Source: a virus
Reading direction: 5' to 3' (one strand)
Length of the DNA stretch: 64,000 nucleotides
IMG/VR virus record: IMGVR_UViG_3300045988_115074
Coordinates: 64,001-128,000 of that record
Below the pieces are notes generated by a model. The model saw only the letters and a program-made list of their open reading frames with translations, did not search any database and had not been told where the DNA came from. Of the stretch, positions 9,558 through 16,485 are shown piece by piece. Each line of letters begins with the position of its first letter. Position 1 is the stretch's first letter. Position numbers and translations under genes: made by a program.

Positions 9558-11132
9558 ATGTCTTTATTTGATAAAATTATTGCAGGTCAAGTACAAGTAA
9601 CTAACCTGGACGCTACTGAAGCTAACGTTGAAGGCGTTGTTGAAGGTTTTGAAGATGTAGCTGGTGAAGATGAAGCTCCTGAAGAAACCATCGAAACCAC
9701 TGAAAACTCTGCCGGTGAAGAAACTGTTACTGAATCTGAAGAACTGAACACTGAACTTCTGGATACAGCTGACGACGCTGAAGAAGTAGCTAATGTTGAA
9801 GAAGAAGTTGCTGAAGCTGAAGAAGCCGCTGTAGCTACTGAATCTTTCTTGGCCAACTTGTTTGCTGCTAAAATGACCGGTGGTTTGACTGAAGTACACT
9901 GCGAACTGGCTCACGAACACGTTAGCTACATCTCTGGTCGTCTGGGTGTTCCTGCTGAACACGTACCTGCTCTTGACTTTAGCACTGAATCCTTCGCTAC
10001 TGTAGGTGGTGTAACCATGAACACCGAAGGTGCAATTGAATCTGTTAAGAACTTCTTCTTGAAAATCTTGGATGGTATCTTGAAAGGTATCGCTTGGATT
10101 ATGGACAAAGGCGCACAACTGGTTTCTAAACTTTTCAATAACTTTGAAAAAATGAAATCTTACGCTGCTAAAGTTAAAGAGAAATTGGCTAAAGCTACTG
10201 GTACTCCTGAAGAAAGCACTTATAAATCTCACGGCGGTGCACTGTCTCTTTACATCAATGGTAAGTTGTCTACCCCAGGTCAATGTGTGGCTGCGATGCA
10301 ATCAGTAGCTGACGAAATCGCTAAACGTTGGTCTACTTCTAAAATTGGTCAGGAAGGTGCTGCTGTAGGTGAAGCCACTCTGAAAGAAGTAGAACAAATC
10401 GAGAAAAATGTGGACCGAGCTGATGCATATTCTGAAAAATATAAAACAGAAACTGGTGCTACTCAACACGAACATGTTAAGTCAGCAGGTATTGTTTTTG
10501 CTCGTACTGTAGGTAAAACGGTTAACAGTATTTTGGGTAGTATGCCATTTACTAGCGGTACTAAAGTTTCATCTCAAGAAGCTAAACGTGCAGGCGTAAC
10601 TCTTAAAACTTCTGAATCTTGCTACCTTTCTACTCATCTACCACGTAATAAAGTAGGTGTGACTGTTATTGGTAATAGTGATGATAATAGTGGTGCTAAA
10701 GGTAACAGTATGCGCGTATATTCTCGTATTAACAACTACAAAGTTGCAGAGAAAAGCGGTGATGTAAATATCCCAATCCAAAAACAAGCTGACTTGTTGG
10801 CTGCTGTTGCTGGTATCGAAAAATTGTTGAACCAAATGCAACAAATCAAAAAACTTATGGATGCTGCTAAACCTGCTGCTGGTAAGCTTAAAAACGTGAT
10901 TTGGAAACTGCGTACTAAATATGTTGCTATTTCTAAAAAAGCACGTGAAGGTCGTGGCTTCATGGCTAACATCCGTGCTACTCGTGTTGCTATCATGCTC
11001 GTCAATGACATGATTGGTATGTTGCGTGAACCTGGTACTTCTTTCTCTACTTACGTATTGTTTGAAGTTAAAGGTCTGTTGGATGTCATCTCTAAACAAG
11101 CTGACCTACTGACTCCTAAAGACGCAGAATAA
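9558..11132 (+). CDS. abundant acidic-N-terminus head/scaffold-like protein, paralog of 5477..7030
   Basis: Starts MSLFD; about 95 aa of D/E-rich N-terminus; ATE-SF (aa 93-97) and STE-SF (aa 142-146). Strong CTG/CGT/GGT codon bias leaves several long stop-free antisense ORFs. Strong terminator. Confidence 0.85.
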   Translation: MSLFDKIIAGQVQVTNLDATEANVEGVVEGFEDVAGEDEAPEETIETTENSAGEETVTESEELNTELLDTADDAEEVANVEEEVAEAEEAAVATESFLANLFAAKMTGGLTEVHCELAHEHVSYISGRLGVPAEHVPALDFSTESFATVGGVTMNTEGAIESVKNFFLKILDGILKGIAWIMDKGAQLVSKLFNNFEKMKSYAAKVKEKLAKATGTPEESTYKSHGGALSLYINGKLSTPGQCVAAMQSVADEIAKRWSTSKIGQEGAAVGEATLKEVEQIEKNVDRADAYSEKYKTETGATQHEHVKSAGIVFARTVGKTVNSILGSMPFTSGTKVSSQEAKRAGVTLKTSESCYLSTHLPRNKVGVTVIGNSDDNSGAKGNSMRVYSRINNYKVAEKSGDVNIPIQKQADLLAAVAGIEKLLNQMQQIKKLMDAAKPAAGKLKNVIWKLRTKYVAISKKAREGRGFMANIRATRVAIMLVNDMIGMLREPGTSFSTYVLFEVKGLLDVISKQADLLTPKDAE

Positions 11133-11153
11133 TAAATTGATGTAAATCATGTA

Positions 11154-11195
11154 AATACTACCCTACCAATTAAGGTAGGGTAGTATTTATTATTA
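11154..11195 (+). terminator. intrinsic terminator
   Basis: 14-bp stem aatactaccctacc / ggtagggtagtatt, then tattattat. Confidence 0.8.
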
Positions 11196-11241
11196 TGTCT
11201 TAATGTATTTTAGATTTTTTCAAACATATACCACTATAGTG
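11184..11241 (+). repeat. 58-bp intergenic repeat, copy 2
   Basis: See 7074..7131. A 21-nt piece, aatgtattttagattttttca, recurs at 40581..40601. Confidence 0.85.
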
Positions 11242-11263
11242 AAAGAGAAGAAGAATCTTCTTT
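11218..11263 (+). promoter_or_regulatory. consensus promoter core plus leader hairpin (P2)
   Basis: tttcaaacatataccactatagtg, then agaaga/tcttct hairpin. Confidence 0.6.
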
Positions 11264-11298
11264 ATTTTAACTAATCACTTTTATTTAAGGAGACTATT

Positions 11299-11580
11299 AT
11301 GTCACGTAAAGATAACTTAAAAAAATATGGTAACCTGCTGCACAACGCAGCAACTAAATCTTCTTCTAAAGAGACTGTAGAGGATGTGATCATTATTGAA
11401 GAAGTCGCAGTGGTTACTACAACTGAATCCTCAAATGAAGAACTAGTGGGAGCGACAGAACTTCCAACTACACATTCCTATATAGAAGGTATCTCCCCAG
11501 ATACTTTAGAAGAAGAGGAAGAGGAAAAAATCGGAGGAAAATACCTCCACAGTATTTTCCCAGATACTTTGGAAGATTAA
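11299..11580 (+). CDS. small acidic protein (93 aa) with internal PDTLE(E/D) repeat
   Basis: Consensus promoter, hairpin and AAGGAG SD upstream; terminator downstream. My count is about 21 D/E against 8 K/R. Confidence 0.8.
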   Translation: MSRKDNLKKYGNLLHNAATKSSSKETVEDVIIIEEVAVVTTTESSNEELVGATELPTTHSYIEGISPDTLEEEEEEKIGGKYLHSIFPDTLED

Positions 11581-11584
11581 GGCT

Positions 11585-11620
11585 ATTACCAGATAGGTTT
11601 TCCTATCTGGTAATAATTTC
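11585..11620 (+). terminator. intrinsic terminator
   Basis: 13-bp stem attaccagatagg / cctatctggtaat, loop tttt. Confidence 0.7.
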
Positions 11621-11665
11621 TATTAGTTACTTTTTTGTGATATTTATTTTTTTAAGGAGTTTAAA

Positions 11666-12070
11666 ATGGAAGTTAAAGTTGATGTATGTGTTGATAAAGA
11701 TATGGTCTCTAAGATTGAAAAGAAAAAGACTATTATCGATAATGTCTTTGGATTTAACCAAGAAGAACGTAATCTATTAAATAATCTTTTTGCTATATTT
11801 CTAGAAAGAATTGCCGTTAATGAAACTACTTATATTCTGTTAGATAAAGACAGTGAGAAGAGTGAATTGATGTTTATCTACATTACTTGTCTTTATGCTA
11901 ATTATAAATCAATGGGTGAAGCAGATTTGACATTTAGCAATATCGAAGAAGTTCGAGATGAAATATTTGAGTTTGTATATAGACTAATTGATTTACTTGA
12001 CGATATACCTAATGATAATAAAGTCCATATTGCATCAGGTGAAGACGGTTATTATTTAGTTATTTCGTAA
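11666..12070 (+). CDS. hypothetical protein (134 aa)
   Basis: ORF with AAGGAG SD; terminator at 12085. Confidence 0.8.
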   Translation: MEVKVDVCVDKDMVSKIEKKKTIIDNVFGFNQEERNLLNNLFAIFLERIAVNETTYILLDKDSEKSELMFIYITCLYANYKSMGEADLTFSNIEEVRDEIFEFVYRLIDLLDDIPNDNKVHIASGEDGYYLVIS

Positions 12071-12084
12071 TATTAGATAAGCTA

Positions 12085-12128
12085 CTACTAGTAGAAGGAT
12101 TTCCTTCTACTAGTAGCGTATATTTTTT
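12085..12128 (+). terminator. intrinsic terminator
   Basis: 15-bp stem ctactagtagaagga / tccttctactagtag, followed by tatattttttt. Confidence 0.8.
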
Positions 12129-12136
12129 TGAATATT

Positions 12137-12159
12137 TTCAAACCTATATTATTAAAGTG
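12137..12159 (+). promoter_or_regulatory. consensus promoter core (P3)
   Basis: ttcaaacctatattattaaagtg; the downstream hairpin is weak. Confidence 0.5.
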
Positions 12160-12188
12160 AGAATTATCTTTATATAAAGGAATTTAAA

Positions 12189-12785
12189 ATGAAAGAATTT
12201 ATTAACAAAGAAGACCTTGATTTAATTATTGAATTTATTTTCGATAAATTAAAACAAACATTAAAAGAAGAGAATATTAGCAAGAAAACACCACTATATA
12301 TCGAACACGACTATAACTCATGTGTATTAGATATTGAAAATATTCATAAAACATACAGCCATACCCGTGTTGTCTCGATAATTAATAGAGGTGGGATAAA
12401 TCATTCTTCTTTTATTGTTATGCGAAATAGTCTTACAGGGGTTCATGGTAATAACATTCTTAATGTAAGAGATGGAGCTACCTTCGCAATCACTCGTTTA
12501 CATAATGATGAATTTTGTATTTCTGTACTGGATCATTACTACCATAATGACCGTTTATTTAATCGTGATAAAGATGATATTATCCGTCCAGAGAAAAATT
12601 ATTATCCCGACATGATAAATAAAGTACCAGTGTCTAAAATTACTATAAACCCTAATCATTTGGAATACTATTATATCGAAAGTATGTTCAATAAATTTTA
12701 TTCCAAGGCTATTGATTTAATTAGTTCAACTAATGAAAAAAGACATAACGCAGCTATTAGTTTTATTAAGGAATTTAAACAATGA
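12189..12785 (+). CDS. hypothetical protein (198 aa)
   Basis: Consensus promoter and CTTTATATAAAGGAA block upstream. Confidence 0.8.
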   Translation: MKEFINKEDLDLIIEFIFDKLKQTLKEENISKKTPLYIEHDYNSCVLDIENIHKTYSHTRVVSIINRGGINHSSFIVMRNSLTGVHGNNILNVRDGATFAITRLHNDEFCISVLDHYYHNDRLFNRDKDDIIRPEKNYYPDMINKVPVSKITINPNHLEYYYIESMFNKFYSKAIDLISSTNEKRHNAAISFIKEFKQ

Positions 12786-13435
12786 GTAACCTAAATAATC
12801 TTTTCAAACTACCGGTATACGAAGAACCAATTTATATTGTAGTAGCAGTATCGGATAAATCAGATATTGAAAAAGAAGCGAATAGCTGGCATAATAGTTG
12901 GCTTGGTTTGGATTTAGAATCCTTAAAATCTCATGTAGATCACGTTTATTTACAAGATGATCGTTATTTCTTTATCAATGTATTAAAAGATAAATCAGAA
13001 ATCGATAATCCATTTCTGGTTCGTTTAGTACAAGCAGGTCGTGTTTTATTGACTTGTCGATATAAAATCTGTACTAATATCACATCAGATAAATTTGAAA
13101 TAACTGAAGACAAAGATACATGTACTTATTCATTTAAAATAAATAACTCTGAAAATGTAATTACTATTTTAGATAAACATGTAGTTACATTAAGAGATCA
13201 TGCTAATATTTTATTTGAATTTAGTAAAGGTGATTATGCTAATATCTTATCTGAACTTAGTAATGGTGATGATTTTGCCGAGCGAGTAATCGCTAAAGAA
13301 AACTACGTTGAAGATGAAGTAGCTAAATCTTTTATTCTCGATATCTATAATCTTGTTCAAAATAAGATTCCCGATATTATTAAAAGTAATATCGAAATAA
13401 AACCTTCTCTCAATCTCTCTTTAAAATTTATATAA
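12782..13435 (+). CDS. hypothetical protein (217 aa) with tandem 11-aa repeat ANILFEFSKGD/ANILSELSNGD
   Basis: ATGA start/stop overlap with the upstream gene; long ORF. Confidence 0.8.
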   Translation: MSNLNNLFKLPVYEEPIYIVVAVSDKSDIEKEANSWHNSWLGLDLESLKSHVDHVYLQDDRYFFINVLKDKSEIDNPFLVRLVQAGRVLLTCRYKICTNITSDKFEITEDKDTCTYSFKINNSENVITILDKHVVTLRDHANILFEFSKGDYANILSELSNGDDFAERVIAKENYVEDEVAKSFILDIYNLVQNKIPDIIKSNIEIKPSLNLSLKFI

Positions 13436-13446
13436 AGGAAACCAAC

Positions 13447-13554
13447 ATGAAACAATTATTCAGTATTGATACTATCTTATCAGCAATTATCTTGATTGTT
13501 GTATTTGCAGTAGGCTTAGCTTGTGGCTATTATGGTAAAGGAGTATTGCTGTGA
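13447..13554 (+). CDS. small single-pass membrane protein (35 aa), not in the ORF track
   Basis: AAAGGAA RBS 6 nt upstream. MKQLFSIDTILSAIILIVVFAVGLACGYYGKGVLL is one hydrophobic helix. Its stop overlaps the GTG start of the next gene (GTGA). Confidence 0.6.
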   Translation: MKQLFSIDTILSAIILIVVFAVGLACGYYGKGVLL

Positions 13555-14105
13555 TTAAATCATTGAATATCAACATAGAAGCTGTGGTGATGTGTAAAAA
13601 CAGATTCGATAAAGAAACTTTGGATTTATACCGAAGAGTTTATACTACTTGCGTAGAGAAAGAAGATTTCTATATCTTTATTAACAGAAAACGCCATATC
13701 GAGCATGGCCTTTCGCGTATAATCGGAAAAGATATAATGTATTTATCTGAATTATTGTGCGAATATAATTTAGATTTTACACTACCTGCAATCCCTATAG
13801 ATGCTATACCAAAATATCGTTATCTAAATACAATATCTAAACTCTTGACCAAAGAGAATGTTCAGTTAAAATCAATACATGTTGATAAAGCGAGATGTTT
13901 ATCTTTCTTTGAAAACAATATTGAAGTGACTAATGATACGATTATGGAAGATATTAAATCATCTTTATATAATCACTACAAAGATAGTGAATCATCAATT
14001 CAGCCATTAATCATTATTGGTGAAGATATACCTGATGCTATCTTTAAAAACATAGGTGATATTATTACTTGTAGTCTCAATGGTCTTTTAGAAGTTCTTA
14101 AATAA
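13551..14105 (+). CDS. hypothetical protein (184 aa), GTG start
   Basis: AAAGGAG lies 7 nt upstream of the GTG; long ORF. Confidence 0.75.
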   Translation: MIKSLNINIEAVVMCKNRFDKETLDLYRRVYTTCVEKEDFYIFINRKRHIEHGLSRIIGKDIMYLSELLCEYNLDFTLPAIPIDAIPKYRYLNTISKLLTKENVQLKSIHVDKARCLSFFENNIEVTNDTIMEDIKSSLYNHYKDSESSIQPLIIIGEDIPDAIFKNIGDIITCSLNGLLEVLK

Positions 14106-14116
14106 AGGAAACTAAA

Positions 14117-14902
14117 ATGGAATGTTCTAACACAAAAGAATTTGTAATAGAAGATGGTGATTTCCTCATTCGTAATGGTGTTTTAACCAAAAAAGAATGG
14201 TGTGAAATTATTGCTGGTACTCTAAGTCTTTTGAGAAAAGAGATTGTGAATATTCGGGATACTGATATATTCACCCAGTCAGATGATGACTATCTTAAAT
14301 ATATAGCTTATAACAGTACTCCAAGTCTTTGTATATCTGATCCGATAAGTGCTATTACTCCTACCTTCATGGGAGATTATTTAAAAATCGAATACCTTTC
14401 TAAATTAAAAAGAGAATCGAGATTAAATATTAATAGTCCCTGTATTAGCATTACTACAGTTCATGATAAAACCAATGGTAAGTTAATCGGCGGTTGTCAT
14501 GTTAAGGTAAAAGAGTATGGTAAAACCATTGGTGAGGTTTATATCGACCTTATCACTGAACAAATTAGTGGTGATATCATTTTTAAATTAGGGGATATTA
14601 AAGACGACATTCTGTTAGAACATACTTCGTTAAAGAGTAAAAATACTGGAACATCGTCTATTGTATTATCTTCTATTGGTGTTAAGTATAATGGTAGTCT
14701 TAATAACCAAATAAGAGATACTGTTTACAATTACAGCACCGTAATCGTCAATAAATTAAACAAGTTACTTTCTGAAACTGAAAGAAACTATGCTGACTAT
14801 TTTATCGCAAATGACCCACTGAATGTCATGTTGAATGATATGGTTAATGGCCTAGGTTTATCGACGATGGTGATTGCTGGTAAAGACACTACGAACAAGT
14901 AG
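14117..14902 (+). CDS. hypothetical protein (261 aa)
   Basis: ORF with AAAGGAA RBS. Confidence 0.8.
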   Translation: MECSNTKEFVIEDGDFLIRNGVLTKKEWCEIIAGTLSLLRKEIVNIRDTDIFTQSDDDYLKYIAYNSTPSLCISDPISAITPTFMGDYLKIEYLSKLKRESRLNINSPCISITTVHDKTNGKLIGGCHVKVKEYGKTIGEVYIDLITEQISGDIIFKLGDIKDDILLEHTSLKSKNTGTSSIVLSSIGVKYNGSLNNQIRDTVYNYSTVIVNKLNKLLSETERNYADYFIANDPLNVMLNDMVNGLGLSTMVIAGKDTTNK

Positions 14903-14976
14903 TAATCTTATTTTATAACTTACGGTGCACCGCACCTAAGTCGCCTTTCAGGTAACTTATTTAAAGGAAATTAAAA

Positions 14977-15381
14977 ATGTGTAATCAATGTCAATGTAAT
15001 CACGAACACAATACTGTAGAATTGAATAATGACGGTATGGTTGTATCTACTATCTTTGGTACATTTACTGTACCTGATGAAGTAGTTAAAGAATCTTTAA
15101 TCGAAGACGAACGTGATGCTTTGAATATTATTCGTCGTATTCAACACTGGCGCTCTTCAGATGGTCAAATTGAAGGTGCGTATGGTCTCTATAAAGACCC
15201 ACGTTGTGATGAAACCCTGTACTTCGACATGGATAATGTGTGGATTATTGCTGAAGATGAGAATGGTGAAGAATACGAAGAGTATATCGATCTTGATGGT
15301 GACATCATCATTGCAGCATATCGTTACTTACATAACGAACCACATATGTCTTATCCTTGGTTAGAGAAGTATGTAGATTAA
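14977..15381 (+). CDS. small acidic protein (134 aa) with N-terminal Cys/His cluster CNQCQCNHEH
   Basis: RBS TTTAAAGGAAATTAAAAATG; terminator hairpin at 15391. Confidence 0.8.
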   Translation: MCNQCQCNHEHNTVELNNDGMVVSTIFGTFTVPDEVVKESLIEDERDALNIIRRIQHWRSSDGQIEGAYGLYKDPRCDETLYFDMDNVWIIAEDENGEEYEEYIDLDGDIIIAAYRYLHNEPHMSYPWLEKYVD

Positions 15382-15390
15382 TATAAATAC

Positions 15391-15422
15391 TATAGAGAGT
15401 AGGATAACCCCTACTCTCTATA
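15391..15422 (+). terminator. terminator-like hairpin (poor T-tail)
   Basis: 13-bp stem tatagagagtagg / cctactctctata. Confidence 0.55.
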
Positions 15423-15442
15423 ATTATAAAAAGGAAGTCAAA

Positions 15443-15811
15443 ATGAAATATCGTGGTTTTGCAAATAATGTTATAAAATACATTAATAAGTATTTTTGTA
15501 AATACAAATCTAAAACCAAATTTAGTAAAATAGAATATTGTACATTCAAACGAAGAATTTATACAGAATGGTACTTCGACGAAGATATCTCATTTGAAGA
15601 TATTTACAAAAGAGAATTTATCAATGACTGGGTAAACCGTTCTCGTCTTAATCTTACCCACATGGGTTATGCCTTAAATGGTAAACAAACATCAGGTGAA
15701 AAGCTCTTTACTGGGTTTAAACCTAATCATGCGATTGTTATTGGTGCAGTACGTAATAACAACCAATCAACCATTAAGCAATTACCTATCCCTTATAAAG
15801 GAGGTCAGTAA
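15443..15811 (+). CDS. hypothetical basic protein (122 aa)
   Basis: ORF with AAAGGAA RBS; very AT-rich codons. Confidence 0.7.
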   Translation: MKYRGFANNVIKYINKYFCKYKSKTKFSKIEYCTFKRRIYTEWYFDEDISFEDIYKREFINDWVNRSRLNLTHMGYALNGKQTSGEKLFTGFKPNHAIVIGAVRNNNQSTIKQLPIPYKGGQ

Positions 15812-16027
15812 ATGAAGTATACGTTTATATACAAACCTGTATTAAATGTTATTCTAAAACATTTATACCGTTATAAACATATCAATAAGTTTACAAGAAA
15901 TAGTTTAGATAAACTAAAACAAGATAATGTTGATAAGATATACCATGCCTGTCCTAAACTTATACGTAATTCTTGTAATGCTAAAGGCCCATTCTTTTTA
16001 CAAATCTTAAAAGGTAAAAGTGTTTGA
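15812..16027 (+). CDS. hypothetical basic protein (71 aa)
   Basis: AAAGGAGG SD; start abuts the upstream stop. Confidence 0.65.
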   Translation: MKYTFIYKPVLNVILKHLYRYKHINKFTRNSLDKLKQDNVDKIYHACPKLIRNSCNAKGPFFLQILKGKSV

Positions 16028-16100
16028 ACTACAGGGTAGTCCAGACGACTTAGATGTAGAACACCCAAGTTGTTTGAATTATTTCTATATTCTAAAATAT

Positions 16101-16143
16101 TTCAAATACATACTATTTAAGTGAAAGAGTGGAATTATCTTTC
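16101..16143 (+). promoter_or_regulatory. consensus promoter core plus leader hairpin (P4), drives the ORF-less unit
   Basis: ttcaaatacatactatttaagtg, then gaaaga/tctttc hairpin. Confidence 0.55.
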
Positions 16144-16207
16144 AATCTTTCTTCATATCATTTTTCTCCTAAACGTTCTATATTGCGGAACGCTAAATAA
16201 AGCAATA

Positions 16208-16227
16208 CACACCCTGGTGCAGGTGTG
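16208..16227 (-). terminator. candidate terminator for the minus-strand 59-codon ORF
   Basis: Stem cacacc(c)tg / caggtgtg. On the minus strand it is followed by tattgctttattt. Confidence 0.35.
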
Positions 16228-16252
16228 CCCCGAAAAATGCACTATCTTTAAT

Positions 16253-16432
16253 TCAGAGTGAATGAGGTGTTTCCTCTTCCCTTTCCACCTTAGTTGCTCT
16301 GGGTTGAAAGTTACATAGTAAACTCCCTTTGAGATACTCACCCCGACAAAGGGTGAGTATCTTTTTTTTACCATATGAATTATTTTTTTGATTATCTAGA
16401 TATTCTTCAATATCTGCTAGATGCTTATCCAT
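16253..16432 (-). CDS. candidate small protein (59 aa), below the ORF-track cutoff, antisense to the candidate ncRNA
   Basis: My translation is MDKHLADIEEYLDNQKNNSYGKKKILTLCRGEYLKGSLLCNFQPRATKVERKRKTPHSL. RBS TTTAAAGGAAATTATAAAATG is almost identical to that of 14977. Hairpin 16208-16227 plus a T-rich run follows its stop. Confidence 0.45.
   Translation of the reverse strand: MDKHLADIEEYLDNQKNNSYGKKKILTLCRGEYLKGSLLCNFQPRATKVEREEETPHSL
16333..16369 (+). terminator. intrinsic terminator ending the ORF-less unit
   Basis: 11-bp GC-containing stem gatactcaccc / gggtgagtatc followed by T8. Confidence 0.85.
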
Positions 16433-16485
16433 TTTATAATTTCCTTTAAACGTATGACTACTAATTATATAGTAAAGGACATACT

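Larger units (their letters stand above)
16121..16369 (+). ncRNA. candidate ~250-nt non-coding RNA (promoter-to-terminator unit lacking an ORF)
   Basis: Consensus promoter core at 16101-16123 with leader hairpin 16123-16143. No + strand ORF has an RBS (longest 18 codons). Internal hairpins at 16174-16192 and 16208-16227, CU-rich tract at 16270-16289, 11-bp stem plus T8 terminator at 16333-16369. Confidence 0.45.

Noticed and set aside
9564-10301. 245-aa minus-strand ORF, plus 9587..9856, 9926..10138, 10638..11099 and 10736..11011, antisense to gene 9558..11132
   Set aside because: They are entirely nested antisense to a strongly codon-biased gene whose codon choice removes antisense stops. 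The predicted proteins are low-complexity (S/F/T-rich), and there is no RBS or promoter.
15383-15390. T4-late-promoter-like TATAAATA
   Set aside because: It is a single occurrence between a stop codon and a terminator hairpin in AT-rich DNA, so it is expected by chance. The recurrent motif in this genome is different.
16153-16374. Listed 73-aa minus-strand ORF in the 16-kb intergenic locus
   Set aside because: There is no RBS upstream of its ATG, which sits just outside the terminator T-run. A different minus frame (16432..16253) has a consensus RBS and is the better coding candidate, if any.
16448-16470. Degenerate consensus promoter (tttaaacgtatgactactaattat) for the 16486 operon, and its reverse complement as a promoter for the minus-strand small ORF
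   Set aside because: It needs a 1-nt insertion relative to the consensus and would leave a leader of only ~15 nt. The motif is AT-rich and quasi-palindromic, so matches on both strands are not convincing. I left it unannotated.
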